Counted from the first letter of the stretch, positions 9,008 through 17,672 are shown. The stretch is 23,999 bases of DNA from Candidatus Helarchaeota archaeon (GCA_029838215.1 JALGVI010000079.1:1-23999); one strand, 5' to 3'. Numbers and translations: made by a program. The notes: a model not told the origin generated them from the letters alone.

Positions 9008-10405
9008 ATGAAGGATTTTAATAAGATTCTGTCAAGAAAAGACCAGTCAATCCGAGATGTAATGAACATAATAAACGATTCTGGTGAAGTTAAAGGTTCT
9101 GTTATTGTTGATGATGATAACCGATTATTAGGAGTCGTAACCGACGGCGATATTAGAAGGGCCATCCTAAATAAAGTGGATTTGGAAACAAAAATTGAAA
9201 AAATTATGATTAAAAACCCATATGTCGCTAAAAGGGACGTGTCAAAAAGAGAAGTCTTCAATGTAATGAAGATGAAAGTATTGGATTTTATTCCCATATT
9301 GGATGACAGTCGAAAGGTCGTAAATGTATATACAATCCAAGACCTCAGCAAGTTTGAAAACAATATCGTTGAACTGAATGAGTTGGAAGACAGAGAAGTA
9401 AAATCCGTGCTCATAATCGGGGGGGCAGGATATACAGGTTCGGTTTTAGTACGAGCGCTATTAACAGAAGGTTATAAAGTAACAGTTTTTGATAACTTAC
9501 AATTCGGAGATAACTCCATTCGAGAACTCAAAAATAATCCTAATTTTAAATTCATTAAAGGAGATATTCGAGATATTCAATCTTTGCTAGAGCATATCAA
9601 AGACTTTGACGCAGTTATTCATTTAGCTGCAATAGTGGGTGACGCTGCATGTAATATTGACCCCGAAAATTCCGAAACTATCAACTTAATGTCCACGAGA
9701 GTCATAGCAGAAATTTGTAAATTTCGCAAGATCCCCCGATTCATCTTTGCTTCAACTTGTAGCGTCTATGGTGCAAGTGATGAACTTTTAAATGAAGAAT
9801 CTGAAGTAAATCCTTTATCGATATATGCTGAAACAAAACTCAAGTCAGAGCAAGCTATTCAAACATTGGCAGATAAAAATTTCTCACCTTGCATTTTTAG
9901 GATTGCCACAGTCTTTGGTCCTTCACCGAGAATGCGTTTTGATTTGGTAGTCAATCTCTTGACCGCAAAAGCTTGTAAAGAGAAAAAAATCACTATCTTT
10001 TCAGGTGAACAATGGAGACCCAATATCCACGTGGAAGATCTTGCAAGGGCTTATATCCAGTGCCTAAAAACACCCAGATACAAAATTCATAATCAAATTT
10101 TTAATGTTGGTGGAAATGATTCAAATTATAAGATAATAGACATCGGTAGGATAATTAAAAAGCTGATACCAGACGCGGAATTAATAATATATGATGATGA
10201 GTTTGATAAAAGAGATTATAAGGTTGATTTTACTAAAATTAAAAATATATTGGGATTTGAACCCCAAAAGAAGATAGAGGATGGAGTTCAAAAAATTCAG
10301 GCGATGTTTGAACAAAATGCAGATTTAGATTTTACCAAAAAGATTTATTATAATTCAAAGAGCTATGAGATAGGGACATTAAAAGGGCTCTATTTTGAGG
10401 CTTAA
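9008..10405 (+). CDS. Fusion of an N-terminal CBS pair and an extended SDR nucleotide-sugar oxidoreductase/epimerase (Cj1427/WcaG-like)
   Basis: Residues 1-115 are a CBS pair (LLGVVTDGDIRRAIL...IMIKNP). The SDR has GGAGYTGS, HLAAIVG, ASTCSVYG, YAETK (YxxxK), RIATVFGPSPRMRFDLVVN and DKRDY. Confidence 0.88.
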   Translation: MKDFNKILSRKDQSIRDVMNIINDSGEVKGSVIVDDDNRLLGVVTDGDIRRAILNKVDLETKIEKIMIKNPYVAKRDVSKREVFNVMKMKVLDFIPILDDSRKVVNVYTIQDLSKFENNIVELNELEDREVKSVLIIGGAGYTGSVLVRALLTEGYKVTVFDNLQFGDNSIRELKNNPNFKFIKGDIRDIQSLLEHIKDFDAVIHLAAIVGDAACNIDPENSETINLMSTRVIAEICKFRKIPRFIFASTCSVYGASDELLNEESEVNPLSIYAETKLKSEQAIQTLADKNFSPCIFRIATVFGPSPRMRFDLVVNLLTAKACKEKKITIFSGEQWRPNIHVEDLARAYIQCLKTPRYKIHNQIFNVGGNDSNYKIIDIGRIIKKLIPDAELIIYDDEFDKRDYKVDFTKIKNILGFEPQKKIEDGVQKIQAMFEQNADLDFTKKIYYNSKSYEIGTLKGLYFEA

Positions 10406-10451
10406 AATTCTTAAAAAATACATTTAAAATAATTCTTAAGAAGGAATAGGA

Positions 10452-11471
10452 ATGAAGGTTCTAATTACTTCTCCCTTTCATCCTGATTCAACAGAAAAAC
10501 TACGTGAAAATGGATTAGACGTGGTCTATGAGAGTTGGATGGAAGTGAACAAGCTATATGTTGGAGAACAGCTGGTCGAAAAGATAAATCAAGACCAAAT
10601 AGACATTTTAGTCATTGAAGCAGACGTGCTTAACGAATTAGTGTTTGAAAAAACAAAAGGCAAGCTAAAATACGTGGCAGCTTGTCGTGCAAACCCTACG
10701 AATGTAGACATTGAAGCCGCAACGAAGGTTGGCGTTCCGGTTTCTAATTCACCAGGACGTGGTGGACCCTCAGTCGCGGAACTTGCCATCGGGATCATGA
10801 TTTGCTTGATGCGGCATCTCCACCGCTCAGATCATGTCGTGAAATCTAAAAAATGGACGGAACAACTCACGTGGGCGACCACGTATCGTGGCATTACTTT
10901 TGAGAATAAGGTTGTAGGTATCGTGAGTTTGGGGGCCGTAGGGTATGAAGTTGCCAAAAGATTACAAAATTGGGACTGTAAAATAATAGTATATGATCCA
11001 TATGTTTCTGAGGAGAAACTTAAAAGCGTGAACGCATCTAGAGTTGATCTTCCAATACTCATGAGAGAATCGGATATTGTTACGGTTCATGCTCCTGTCT
11101 TGGATGAAACAAAGGGCATGATAACCGAAGAACTCATAGGTATGATGAAAAAGACTGCATTTTTCATAAATACGAGCAGGACAGCAATCATTAATGAAAA
11201 AGCAGTTGTAAAAGCAGTCAAGGAAGAACGCATTGCCGGTGCTGGTTTTGATGTTTATTACAAGGAACCTTTAGGACGAACCAATTACTTCAAAGAGTTC
11301 TTTTTTGGAGGTCCTCATGCAGATAAAAACGTCGTTTTCGGAGCACATATTGGAGGCATGACGTGGGATTCCATTAAAACTCAATCGGAAATTGTGACAA
11401 GAGATATTTTAGCATTCATGAAGGGAGAAAAACCTCCAAATCTCTTGAATTTAGAAGTTTGGAATAAATAA
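10452..11471 (+). CDS. D-isomer-specific 2-hydroxyacid dehydrogenase (SerA-like fold)
   Basis: NVDIEAATKVGVPVSNSPG, SVAE, GIVSLGAVG (variant GxGxxG), YDPY, TVHAP, FINTSR (Arg), DVYYKEP (Glu), AHIGG (His). Confidence 0.9.
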   Translation: MKVLITSPFHPDSTEKLRENGLDVVYESWMEVNKLYVGEQLVEKINQDQIDILVIEADVLNELVFEKTKGKLKYVAACRANPTNVDIEAATKVGVPVSNSPGRGGPSVAELAIGIMICLMRHLHRSDHVVKSKKWTEQLTWATTYRGITFENKVVGIVSLGAVGYEVAKRLQNWDCKIIVYDPYVSEEKLKSVNASRVDLPILMRESDIVTVHAPVLDETKGMITEELIGMMKKTAFFINTSRTAIINEKAVVKAVKEERIAGAGFDVYYKEPLGRTNYFKEFFFGGPHADKNVVFGAHIGGMTWDSIKTQSEIVTRDILAFMKGEKPPNLLNLEVWNK

Positions 11472-11498
11472 TTCAACATGACGGATCAGTGATGAGAC

Positions 11499-13004
11499 TT
11501 GTCTGATTCTTTAATTGTATCTTTAGATGCAGGCACGACAGGTGCCAGATGTTTCATTTTTAATATAAAGGGCGATCTAATTCAATCAAGCCGAGCCGAA
11601 TGGACATTTACCGCAACGCCAAAAGTAAACTTGGGCTTGGAATTCCAACCGGAACAATTCTGGCAAGTTCTTTGCAGCCAAATAAAAAATTGTTTTAGAG
11701 CCGGAAATATCAACCCCGAAAATGTAAAGGCAATCGCCTGCACCAGCATGCGTGAAGCACAGGTCATATTAGGAGAAAAAGATGAATACCTTCTTGCCAC
11801 GCCTGCTCATGATTTACGGGCACTTTCACAAGCAATGAAAATTTTTAACAAGCATCGAGATACCATTTATCAGGTAACGGGACGTCTTCCTCCAATGATT
11901 TTTGCTTTGGCGAGACTTCTTTGGATGAAGAGAAAGATGAAAGAAGAATATGCACGGATTTCAATGTTATTGCTTTTTAGCGACTGGATGAATTTCATGC
12001 TTTGTGGGGAGAAAGCGTCAGAACCTTCGGTTGCAGGCGAAAGCATGCTTTTTGACGTGAGGAAGAGAACGTGGTCTGAAGAAATCTTGAATTTATTCGA
12101 AATCACCCCAGATATTTTGCCTCAACTCAAAAATGCAGGAGAGATAGTGGGAGAAATCAATGAAAAAGCCGCCAAGGATACAGGGTTAAAAAAAGGCACG
12201 CCCGTCGTCATGGCGGGAGCTGATTCGCAATGTGGATTATTGGGAATGGGTCTAAATGATGATTTGAATTTGGGAATTATTGCAGGCTCAACGGCGCCCT
12301 TACAAGTTGTTACGGATAAGCCATTATTCGATTCAGAATTAAGAACATGGACAAATTGTCATCTCTTGCAGGATAAATGGATTTTAGAGGCAAATACGGG
12401 ACGAACAGGTGCCGCACTCCTGTGGTTTAAGAAATACTTGGCAGATTTTGGCTTGAAAGAGCAGGAACCATTTGAGAAACTCGAAGAACTAATAAAGGAC
12501 GTTCCGCCAGGTGCAAGAGGTGTCTGGGCTTTCTTAGGACCGATGATAACAAATGCAGGGTCATTGGAAGGACTTGGACAAGGTGGTTTTTTGTTTCCTC
12601 TACCAATAGCGGAGGATAATTCGGGATTGCCCCTATTCTATAAAGCAGCTCTTGAGAATGCTGCATATGCTTTTCGTGGAAATTATGAGATATTATCGGG
12701 CATTCTTGGTAGTGAATTTTCTTCAATCGGAATTGGAGGAGGAATGGTTCAAAGTTCGACATTCGTGCAAATAGTGGCAGATGTCTTGCAAAAACCAGTT
12801 CATACATATCAGACTTTTGAAGCAACGGCATTAGGCGCGTCCATTTGTGCTACTGTAGGGGTGAACATTTACGGTTCTTTTAATGAAGCCACCGATTCCA
12901 TGATCCATCCAACAAAAACCTTTTCTCCAAGTCCTCAACAATCCAAATATAAGTCTCTTTTCAAGCGGTGGTTACAAATAATGCAATCTTTAAAATCAAT
13001 TTAA
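11499..13004 (+). CDS. FGGY-family carbohydrate kinase, most similar by recalled motifs to the LsrK (AI-2/DPD kinase) subgroup
   Basis: LDAGTT, AEW, CTSMRE, RLLW, SDW, GTPVVMAGADSQ, VPPGARGV, ENAA, GGG, EATALG; TTG start. Confidence 0.88.
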   Translation: MSDSLIVSLDAGTTGARCFIFNIKGDLIQSSRAEWTFTATPKVNLGLEFQPEQFWQVLCSQIKNCFRAGNINPENVKAIACTSMREAQVILGEKDEYLLATPAHDLRALSQAMKIFNKHRDTIYQVTGRLPPMIFALARLLWMKRKMKEEYARISMLLLFSDWMNFMLCGEKASEPSVAGESMLFDVRKRTWSEEILNLFEITPDILPQLKNAGEIVGEINEKAAKDTGLKKGTPVVMAGADSQCGLLGMGLNDDLNLGIIAGSTAPLQVVTDKPLFDSELRTWTNCHLLQDKWILEANTGRTGAALLWFKKYLADFGLKEQEPFEKLEELIKDVPPGARGVWAFLGPMITNAGSLEGLGQGGFLFPLPIAEDNSGLPLFYKAALENAAYAFRGNYEILSGILGSEFSSIGIGGGMVQSSTFVQIVADVLQKPVHTYQTFEATALGASICATVGVNIYGSFNEATDSMIHPTKTFSPSPQQSKYKSLFKRWLQIMQSLKSI

Positions 13005-13007
13005 AAC

Positions 13008-13014
13008 TTTTTTT
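13008..13014 (+). terminator. Possible U-tract terminator ending the CBS-SDR/dehydrogenase/kinase unit
   Basis: T7 run 4 nt after the kinase stop, followed by a 175-bp AT-rich intergenic region. Confidence 0.4.
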
Positions 13015-13179
13015 AGAATGAAATAAAAGTTATCAACTAGTCAAAAAATAGATGGAATCAGTTGCAAAAATACTTTTTAAACAAAATAGTTTAACAGTTA
13101 TAATACGAGAGCTTTCATTTTCCAAGTAATTGAGTTTTGAAGATTTTTCATAAAAGAGGACACGTTAAAATGTCGACAG

Positions 13180-14199
13180 ATGGCGAAATTGATATTGCAA
13201 GGAATGAAATGGTTACTGCGACAATTGTTTCTCCAGATGGCTCAAGATGAAGATCTTCCGAATTATTTAAGCACGCCACGTCGATTTATTGAATTAATTG
13301 CCACGAAGGGTTATAAAAACCTCAAATTAACGGAAGCTTTTTTTAATTACTTGCGCGAAATGGGAGTAATTCGCGTGGAAAATGATCAATACATTTGGGA
13401 GAGTCCTTCGGCTTCATCATCCGCAAAGGGTAAAACGGTCATTGAGTCGGAAGCCTTATCCCAAAGAGAAGTTCAAAAGCGCGCCATGCCATTGTTTAGC
13501 ATTCTCCGGAAATATTCGGAACGCCTTCCAAAGGTAATGAAAGGAAATCTAGGAGAGAAGGAAAAAGAATTAATAATTTGGGATTCTCTACATGTAACGG
13601 ACTTGTACCAATGGCTCAGAGATCAAGCAATTAAATACGGACAAATACCTCCCGATTCAATAATTCTTGACGTGAATTGTCGAACGGGTTGGAGCACTAT
13701 TGACTTGATTAGAAATACGGCACCCCGAAGAGTCATTGCAATGGATCCGGACGAAGCAATGATAGAATTGGCATATAATAACATCGTTGCTTATGATTAC
13801 CAAGAAAAAGTGCAACTCGTTGTTGCCGACGTCATTGATAAAATAGAACTTTCGGGCAAAGTGGACGTTATTTTTGCAAACTTATTATTTAACCGATTTG
13901 AGGATAATCAACTCACGGACATTCTCTTTAACATTCAACCACTTCTGAAAAAAGGTGGTATATTCTGTGGATTACAGCCCATTAAAGCGAACGAAAATGT
14001 TGATGGAGCCGAACTTCTTCTATATTCAGATCCGGAGTTCAAGGGATATCCTACATTTCCCGCATTTATAACAGCCTTTGAACGCTCGGGATTCACGGAA
14101 CTTAAAATTGATAAAAGCATGTTCTTTAAAGCCCGTATTGGCGGCGAGAGCATTAGTGACATGAAGAAAGAAGGTCAAAGACTGAAAGTTACAAAATAA
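13180..14199 (+). CDS. Class I SAM-dependent methyltransferase with N-terminal helical/winged-helix-like domain
   Basis: ILDVNCRTG (motif I variant), VIAMDPDEAMI (acidic motif II), LVVADV, VDVIFA, LLKKGGIFC. Confidence 0.72.
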   Translation: MAKLILQGMKWLLRQLFLQMAQDEDLPNYLSTPRRFIELIATKGYKNLKLTEAFFNYLREMGVIRVENDQYIWESPSASSSAKGKTVIESEALSQREVQKRAMPLFSILRKYSERLPKVMKGNLGEKEKELIIWDSLHVTDLYQWLRDQAIKYGQIPPDSIILDVNCRTGWSTIDLIRNTAPRRVIAMDPDEAMIELAYNNIVAYDYQEKVQLVVADVIDKIELSGKVDVIFANLLFNRFEDNQLTDILFNIQPLLKKGGIFCGLQPIKANENVDGAELLLYSDPEFKGYPTFPAFITAFERSGFTELKIDKSMFFKARIGGESISDMKKEGQRLKVTK

Positions 14200-14206
14200 A
14201 AAATGA

Positions 14207-14536
14207 CTAACACAAGGGCAGAGTGCTTTCTTCACGAATTTTTTGAATTCCTTTTTCAGAGAATTGACAGATCATTTTGGTTGATTGTTCTCCTTCAATT
14301 TTTTGCTCTTCGCAGTAACCTGCTTTAATCCATTTCTTCAAGATTACCTTTACTTGCTGGTGATAGATTCTAAGTTTAGTTTTTGGCATGTTTAATTCTT
14401 GTATGACGATCTTTGCCAATTTAAAGCTGTTAAACGTCATTCCTTTTGAGACCAGATTTATAGAACTCACGTGGGTTTTTAATAATAACTCAATTTTTGG
14501 GTCAATTCTAATCTGACGCTTTCGACCTTTTCCCAT
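14207..14536 (-). CDS. Small basic hypothetical protein, possibly winged-helix
   Basis: 109-aa ORF filling the gap between two genes, Lys/Arg-rich N-terminus, amphipathic helices, and a C-terminal F-S-E-K-G-I-x-x-I pattern reminiscent of PadR/MarR wings. Confidence 0.6.
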   Translation of the reverse strand: MGKGRKRQIRIDPKIELLLKTHVSSINLVSKGMTFNSFKLAKIVIQELNMPKTKLRIYHQQVKVILKKWIKAGYCEEQKIEGEQSTKMICQFSEKGIQKIREESTLPLC

Positions 14537-14678
14537 TGAAAGACCTCAATTTAAACCTTGGTTTAATTGCGATTCCTTATCGAATTACATAAACTAATCA
14601 CTTCTAGGAGAATTTAAATTATTTTAAAGAAATTATTGACCTAGAAAAGCATTTGAATAAAAAATTGGTGGATTTTTA

Positions 14679-15773
14679 TTGAAGAAGTCGAAAATCGCAT
14701 TCATTTTAGGGACCAGACCAGAAATCATTAAGATGGGACCAATCCTCCAAGAATGTGACAGGGAAAAAATACAATATGAAATCGTGTTTACGGATCAACA
14801 TTATGATTATGAATTATCAAGACGTTTTTTCGAGGAATTGGAGATAAGGGCCCCAGATTTTCACTTGGACGTGGGTTCAGGAACGCAGGCAGTTCAAACT
14901 GCGAAAGCCATGATCAAAATTGAGGAAAATTTGATTCAAAATTCACCTTCTATCGTTGTAGTTCAAGGAGATACGAATACGGTTCTTGCAGGTGGATTGA
15001 CCTCGGCTAAATTGCGAATTCCAGTGGGGCATGTCGAGGCAGGATTGAGATCTAATGATTTTAGGATGCCTGAGGAGATAAATCGAAGAGTTGTAGACCA
15101 CATTTCCCAATATTTATTTGCACCGACAAAGATCACTGTAGAGAATTTGAAAAAAGAAAATGTCTGGGGAAATATCTATGAAACAGGGAATACCATCATA
15201 GACGCTTGTCTCAAAAATTATAAAATAGCCTTAAAAAAGTCTAAAATCTTAACAGACATTGATTTCAAGGATTTTGTTTTAGTCACTTTTCATCGTGCTG
15301 AAAACGTCGATGATTTAAAAGTTCTAACTAACTTCGTGGAATTGCTTGAGCATCTAGATGAGAACTTCATTTTTCCCATTCATAATAGAACTTTAAAGAA
15401 TCTTAAAAAGTTCAGGCTTCTCGAGAGAATCAAGTCAAATGAACGGATTCGATTAATGCCACCAGTTGGATATTTGGACATGTTACTACTCTTGAGTAAA
15501 TCCAAGTTTATTCTTACGGATTCTGGAGGGATCCAAGAAGAGGTCACTGCTCCTATCATTCAGAAGAAGTGTTTCGTTTTGCGTGATTCAACGGAACGAC
15601 CTGAAGCTGTAGAAGCAGGTTTCGTTGAAGTGGTCGGGACAGATTCTGAAAAAGCCAGAAAGGTCATCAAACAAACAGATTATAATGATTTTCAGGGTGT
15701 AGAATCACCTTATGGAGATGGGCAGGCAGCAAAGAAAATTGTTGGCATTCTAAAAAACATCCTTGAAGGCTAA
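14679..15773 (+). CDS. wecB: UDP-N-acetylglucosamine 2-epimerase, non-hydrolysing (WecB/WbpI family)
   Basis: GTRPEIIK, TDQHY, VQGDT, HVEAGLRS, PEEINR, HRAEN, TDSGGIQEE, TERPE, PYGDG; TTG start with GGTGG RBS. Confidence 0.93.
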   Translation: MKKSKIAFILGTRPEIIKMGPILQECDREKIQYEIVFTDQHYDYELSRRFFEELEIRAPDFHLDVGSGTQAVQTAKAMIKIEENLIQNSPSIVVVQGDTNTVLAGGLTSAKLRIPVGHVEAGLRSNDFRMPEEINRRVVDHISQYLFAPTKITVENLKKENVWGNIYETGNTIIDACLKNYKIALKKSKILTDIDFKDFVLVTFHRAENVDDLKVLTNFVELLEHLDENFIFPIHNRTLKNLKKFRLLERIKSNERIRLMPPVGYLDMLLLLSKSKFILTDSGGIQEEVTAPIIQKKCFVLRDSTERPEAVEAGFVEVVGTDSEKARKVIKQTDYNDFQGVESPYGDGQAAKKIVGILKNILEG

Positions 15774-15810
15774 GACGTATATCGTTCATCAAAATAATGG
15801 ATGGTTTGGT

Positions 15811-16656
15811 TTAGAAACCATGAATTCCAAACCGTTCCCATATTCTATCGAAGAAATACATTCCCAAGACAATGGCTATGAGATTAAAGCAAACGATATA
15901 AATAATATCAAAAAAGTTAATTCCAAAAAAGTTTAAAGTTAAAGAATTTACGAAAATGTCCGAAAACCATGTAAGCGGATAAAACCAAATATTGCGAATT
16001 AAAGCAAGTTCCATGTAAAGTGGATTTATTCTTATTACCATTGCAATTGGCAGAGGAAATAATTCGATTGGAATTGAATAGGAACTTAGAAATAGAAATA
16101 CAAAACTCAATAGACCAAATAGGCTCATGAAATTTTCGTTTGATAATGCAATAACGCCACGTAATATTCCAAGTCCAGCGACCCCAGAAGAAAAAAATGC
16201 CAAAACAATAAAAATGAGGAAGATATTAGGTATCAAAGTTGGAGAATAGAGAAATGCAACAATTGCTAAGATGATGGAAATTGCAGTCTGCTCTAATATG
16301 TTTTGTATGACAAATCCAAATAATACAGAATAGCGATTGATGGGTGCCAAGAGTGTAAATTCGATTGTATGCCAATACTTTTCTCGTACGAACACGTTTT
16401 CATATCTAATAAGCATTCTATTGCAGAATTGGAAGAAGATAATTCCCATTAATATCCAAGCACCATAATTATAACGATTTACAGTAATTAAATCCTTGTT
16501 GAAGTAAAAGAAAAAACCACCATATAAGAAGAATAGAGGAAAGAAGGAAATCATTGGGGAAATGGCTATTGTCATGATGTATTTCCAACCGAATCGCATC
16601 TCGATTTTTATCTCTTTTATGCAAATTGCTAATGTTTGTTTTATGAAATGTTTCAA
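15811..16656 (-). CDS. ABC-2 type transporter permease
   Basis: About six hydrophobic segments, EKYWHTIEFTLLAP, P-x-x-x-x-P...NPL; lies immediately downstream of the ABC ATPase. Confidence 0.85.
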   Translation of the reverse strand: MKHFIKQTLAICIKEIKIEMRFGWKYIMTIAISPMISFFPLFFLYGGFFFYFNKDLITVNRYNYGAWILMGIIFFQFCNRMLIRYENVFVREKYWHTIEFTLLAPINRYSVLFGFVIQNILEQTAISIILAIVAFLYSPTLIPNIFLIFIVLAFFSSGVAGLGILRGVIALSNENFMSLFGLLSFVFLFLSSYSIPIELFPLPIAMVIRINPLYMELALIRNIWFYPLTWFSDIFVNSLTLNFFGINFFDIIYIVCFNLIAIVLGMYFFDRIWERFGIHGF

Positions 16657-16673
16657 TTCAGTTTCTCTCCGGA

Positions 16674-17639
16674 CTATTCGCTTGAGAATTGGAAAAAAAT
16701 ACCTTCTAAATCAGGTTCCTGTTCCTTGACGTGTATTATTCGATATTTCGCAAGTATTTTCAAAATTTCGGAATATTCATTCTTACCGTTATCAAAATGA
16801 AATTCTATTTGACCATCTCTTAGAAGGATATCTTCCTTCTCAATCATGTCTATCAATTCATCTTTGATTTTGGCGGAATCGGGACTTTCTACAACCAATT
16901 TTAGCTTGCTTCGTAAAATGGATTTTAGATTGCTTGGAGTATCAAGCTTTATTATTTTGCCTTTTGATAAGAATCCGATTCGATCACTTAATTGCTCGGC
17001 TTCTCTCATATTGTGTGTTGTTAAAATAATAGTTTTACCACTTTCCCGTAGATTCCGGATTATATTTCTTATTTGAATTATACTCATGGGATCTAGTCCC
17101 AAGGTTGGTTCATCCAATACAATAATTTCGGGATCTGTCAATAAAAGGCGACAAAAAGAGAGCTTACAGAGCATTCCTAAAGAATAATTTTCAACATAGT
17201 CATTTATCCATTTTTCGAGACCAAACATTTTCGCTTTTTCATTGATTTTAGCACGTCGGTCAGGAACATTATAAATTTTAGCAAAATAATTTAAATTATC
17301 AAAACCCGTCATTCGCCAATAAATCATGCTGTTACTGAACATGAAACCGAGAATTTTCCCAACATACAATTTATTGGTTAGTGGATTTTTTCCGTTAAGA
17401 AGGGCTTCTCCTGAAGTTGGTTTCAGAAGACCTGAAATTATTTTTATTATGGTTGTTTTTCCTGCGCCATTAGGTCCAAGAAGACCAAAAATCTCGCCAT
17501 TCTTTACAGTGAATGAAACGTCATCCACGGCTTTAAATTTGGCAGGAATATCTCCAAGCATCTTTCGAATAAATCCAAATGTTCTTCTTTTTTCATAGAA
17601 CTTTGATAAATGTTTTACTTCAATTGGATTCATGGTCAT
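16674..17639 (-). CDS. ABC transporter ATP-binding protein (DrrA/NodI-like)
   Basis: Walker A GPNGAGKTT, signature YSLGM, Walker B IIVLDEPT, H-loop TTH, C-terminal EPDLEGIF. Confidence 0.95.
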   Translation of the reverse strand: MTMNPIEVKHLSKFYEKRRTFGFIRKMLGDIPAKFKAVDDVSFTVKNGEIFGLLGPNGAGKTTIIKIISGLLKPTSGEALLNGKNPLTNKLYVGKILGFMFSNSMIYWRMTGFDNLNYFAKIYNVPDRRAKINEKAKMFGLEKWINDYVENYSLGMLCKLSFCRLLLTDPEIIVLDEPTLGLDPMSIIQIRNIIRNLRESGKTIILTTHNMREAEQLSDRIGFLSKGKIIKLDTPSNLKSILRSKLKLVVESPDSAKIKDELIDMIEKEDILLRDGQIEFHFDNGKNEYSEILKILAKYRIIHVKEQEPDLEGIFFQFSSE

Positions 17640-17663
17640 TAGAACTTAGTGATAGAAAAGGAG

Positions 17664-17672
17664 TATAATAAA
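17664..17672 (-). promoter_or_regulatory. Putative archaeal TATA box for a leaderless ABC operon transcript
   Basis: TTTATTATA at -33 to -25 relative to the ATG at 17639, with no RBS in between. Confidence 0.4.

Noticed and set aside
8893-9414. 173-aa antisense ORF over the CBS domain
   Set aside because: Ser/Ile/Phe-rich shadow of the sense gene's codon bias, with no recognisable motif
11499-13004. Naming the kinase lsrK and claiming quorum sensing
   Set aside because: No other lsr or luxS genes are present, and FGGY substrate specificity is not predictable from motifs
1381-14586. TTATCGAATT present in two intergenic regions (1381-1390 and 14577-14586)
   Set aside because: AT-rich 10-mer; one copy is in a convergent gap and the other in a divergent promoter, so shared function is unlikely
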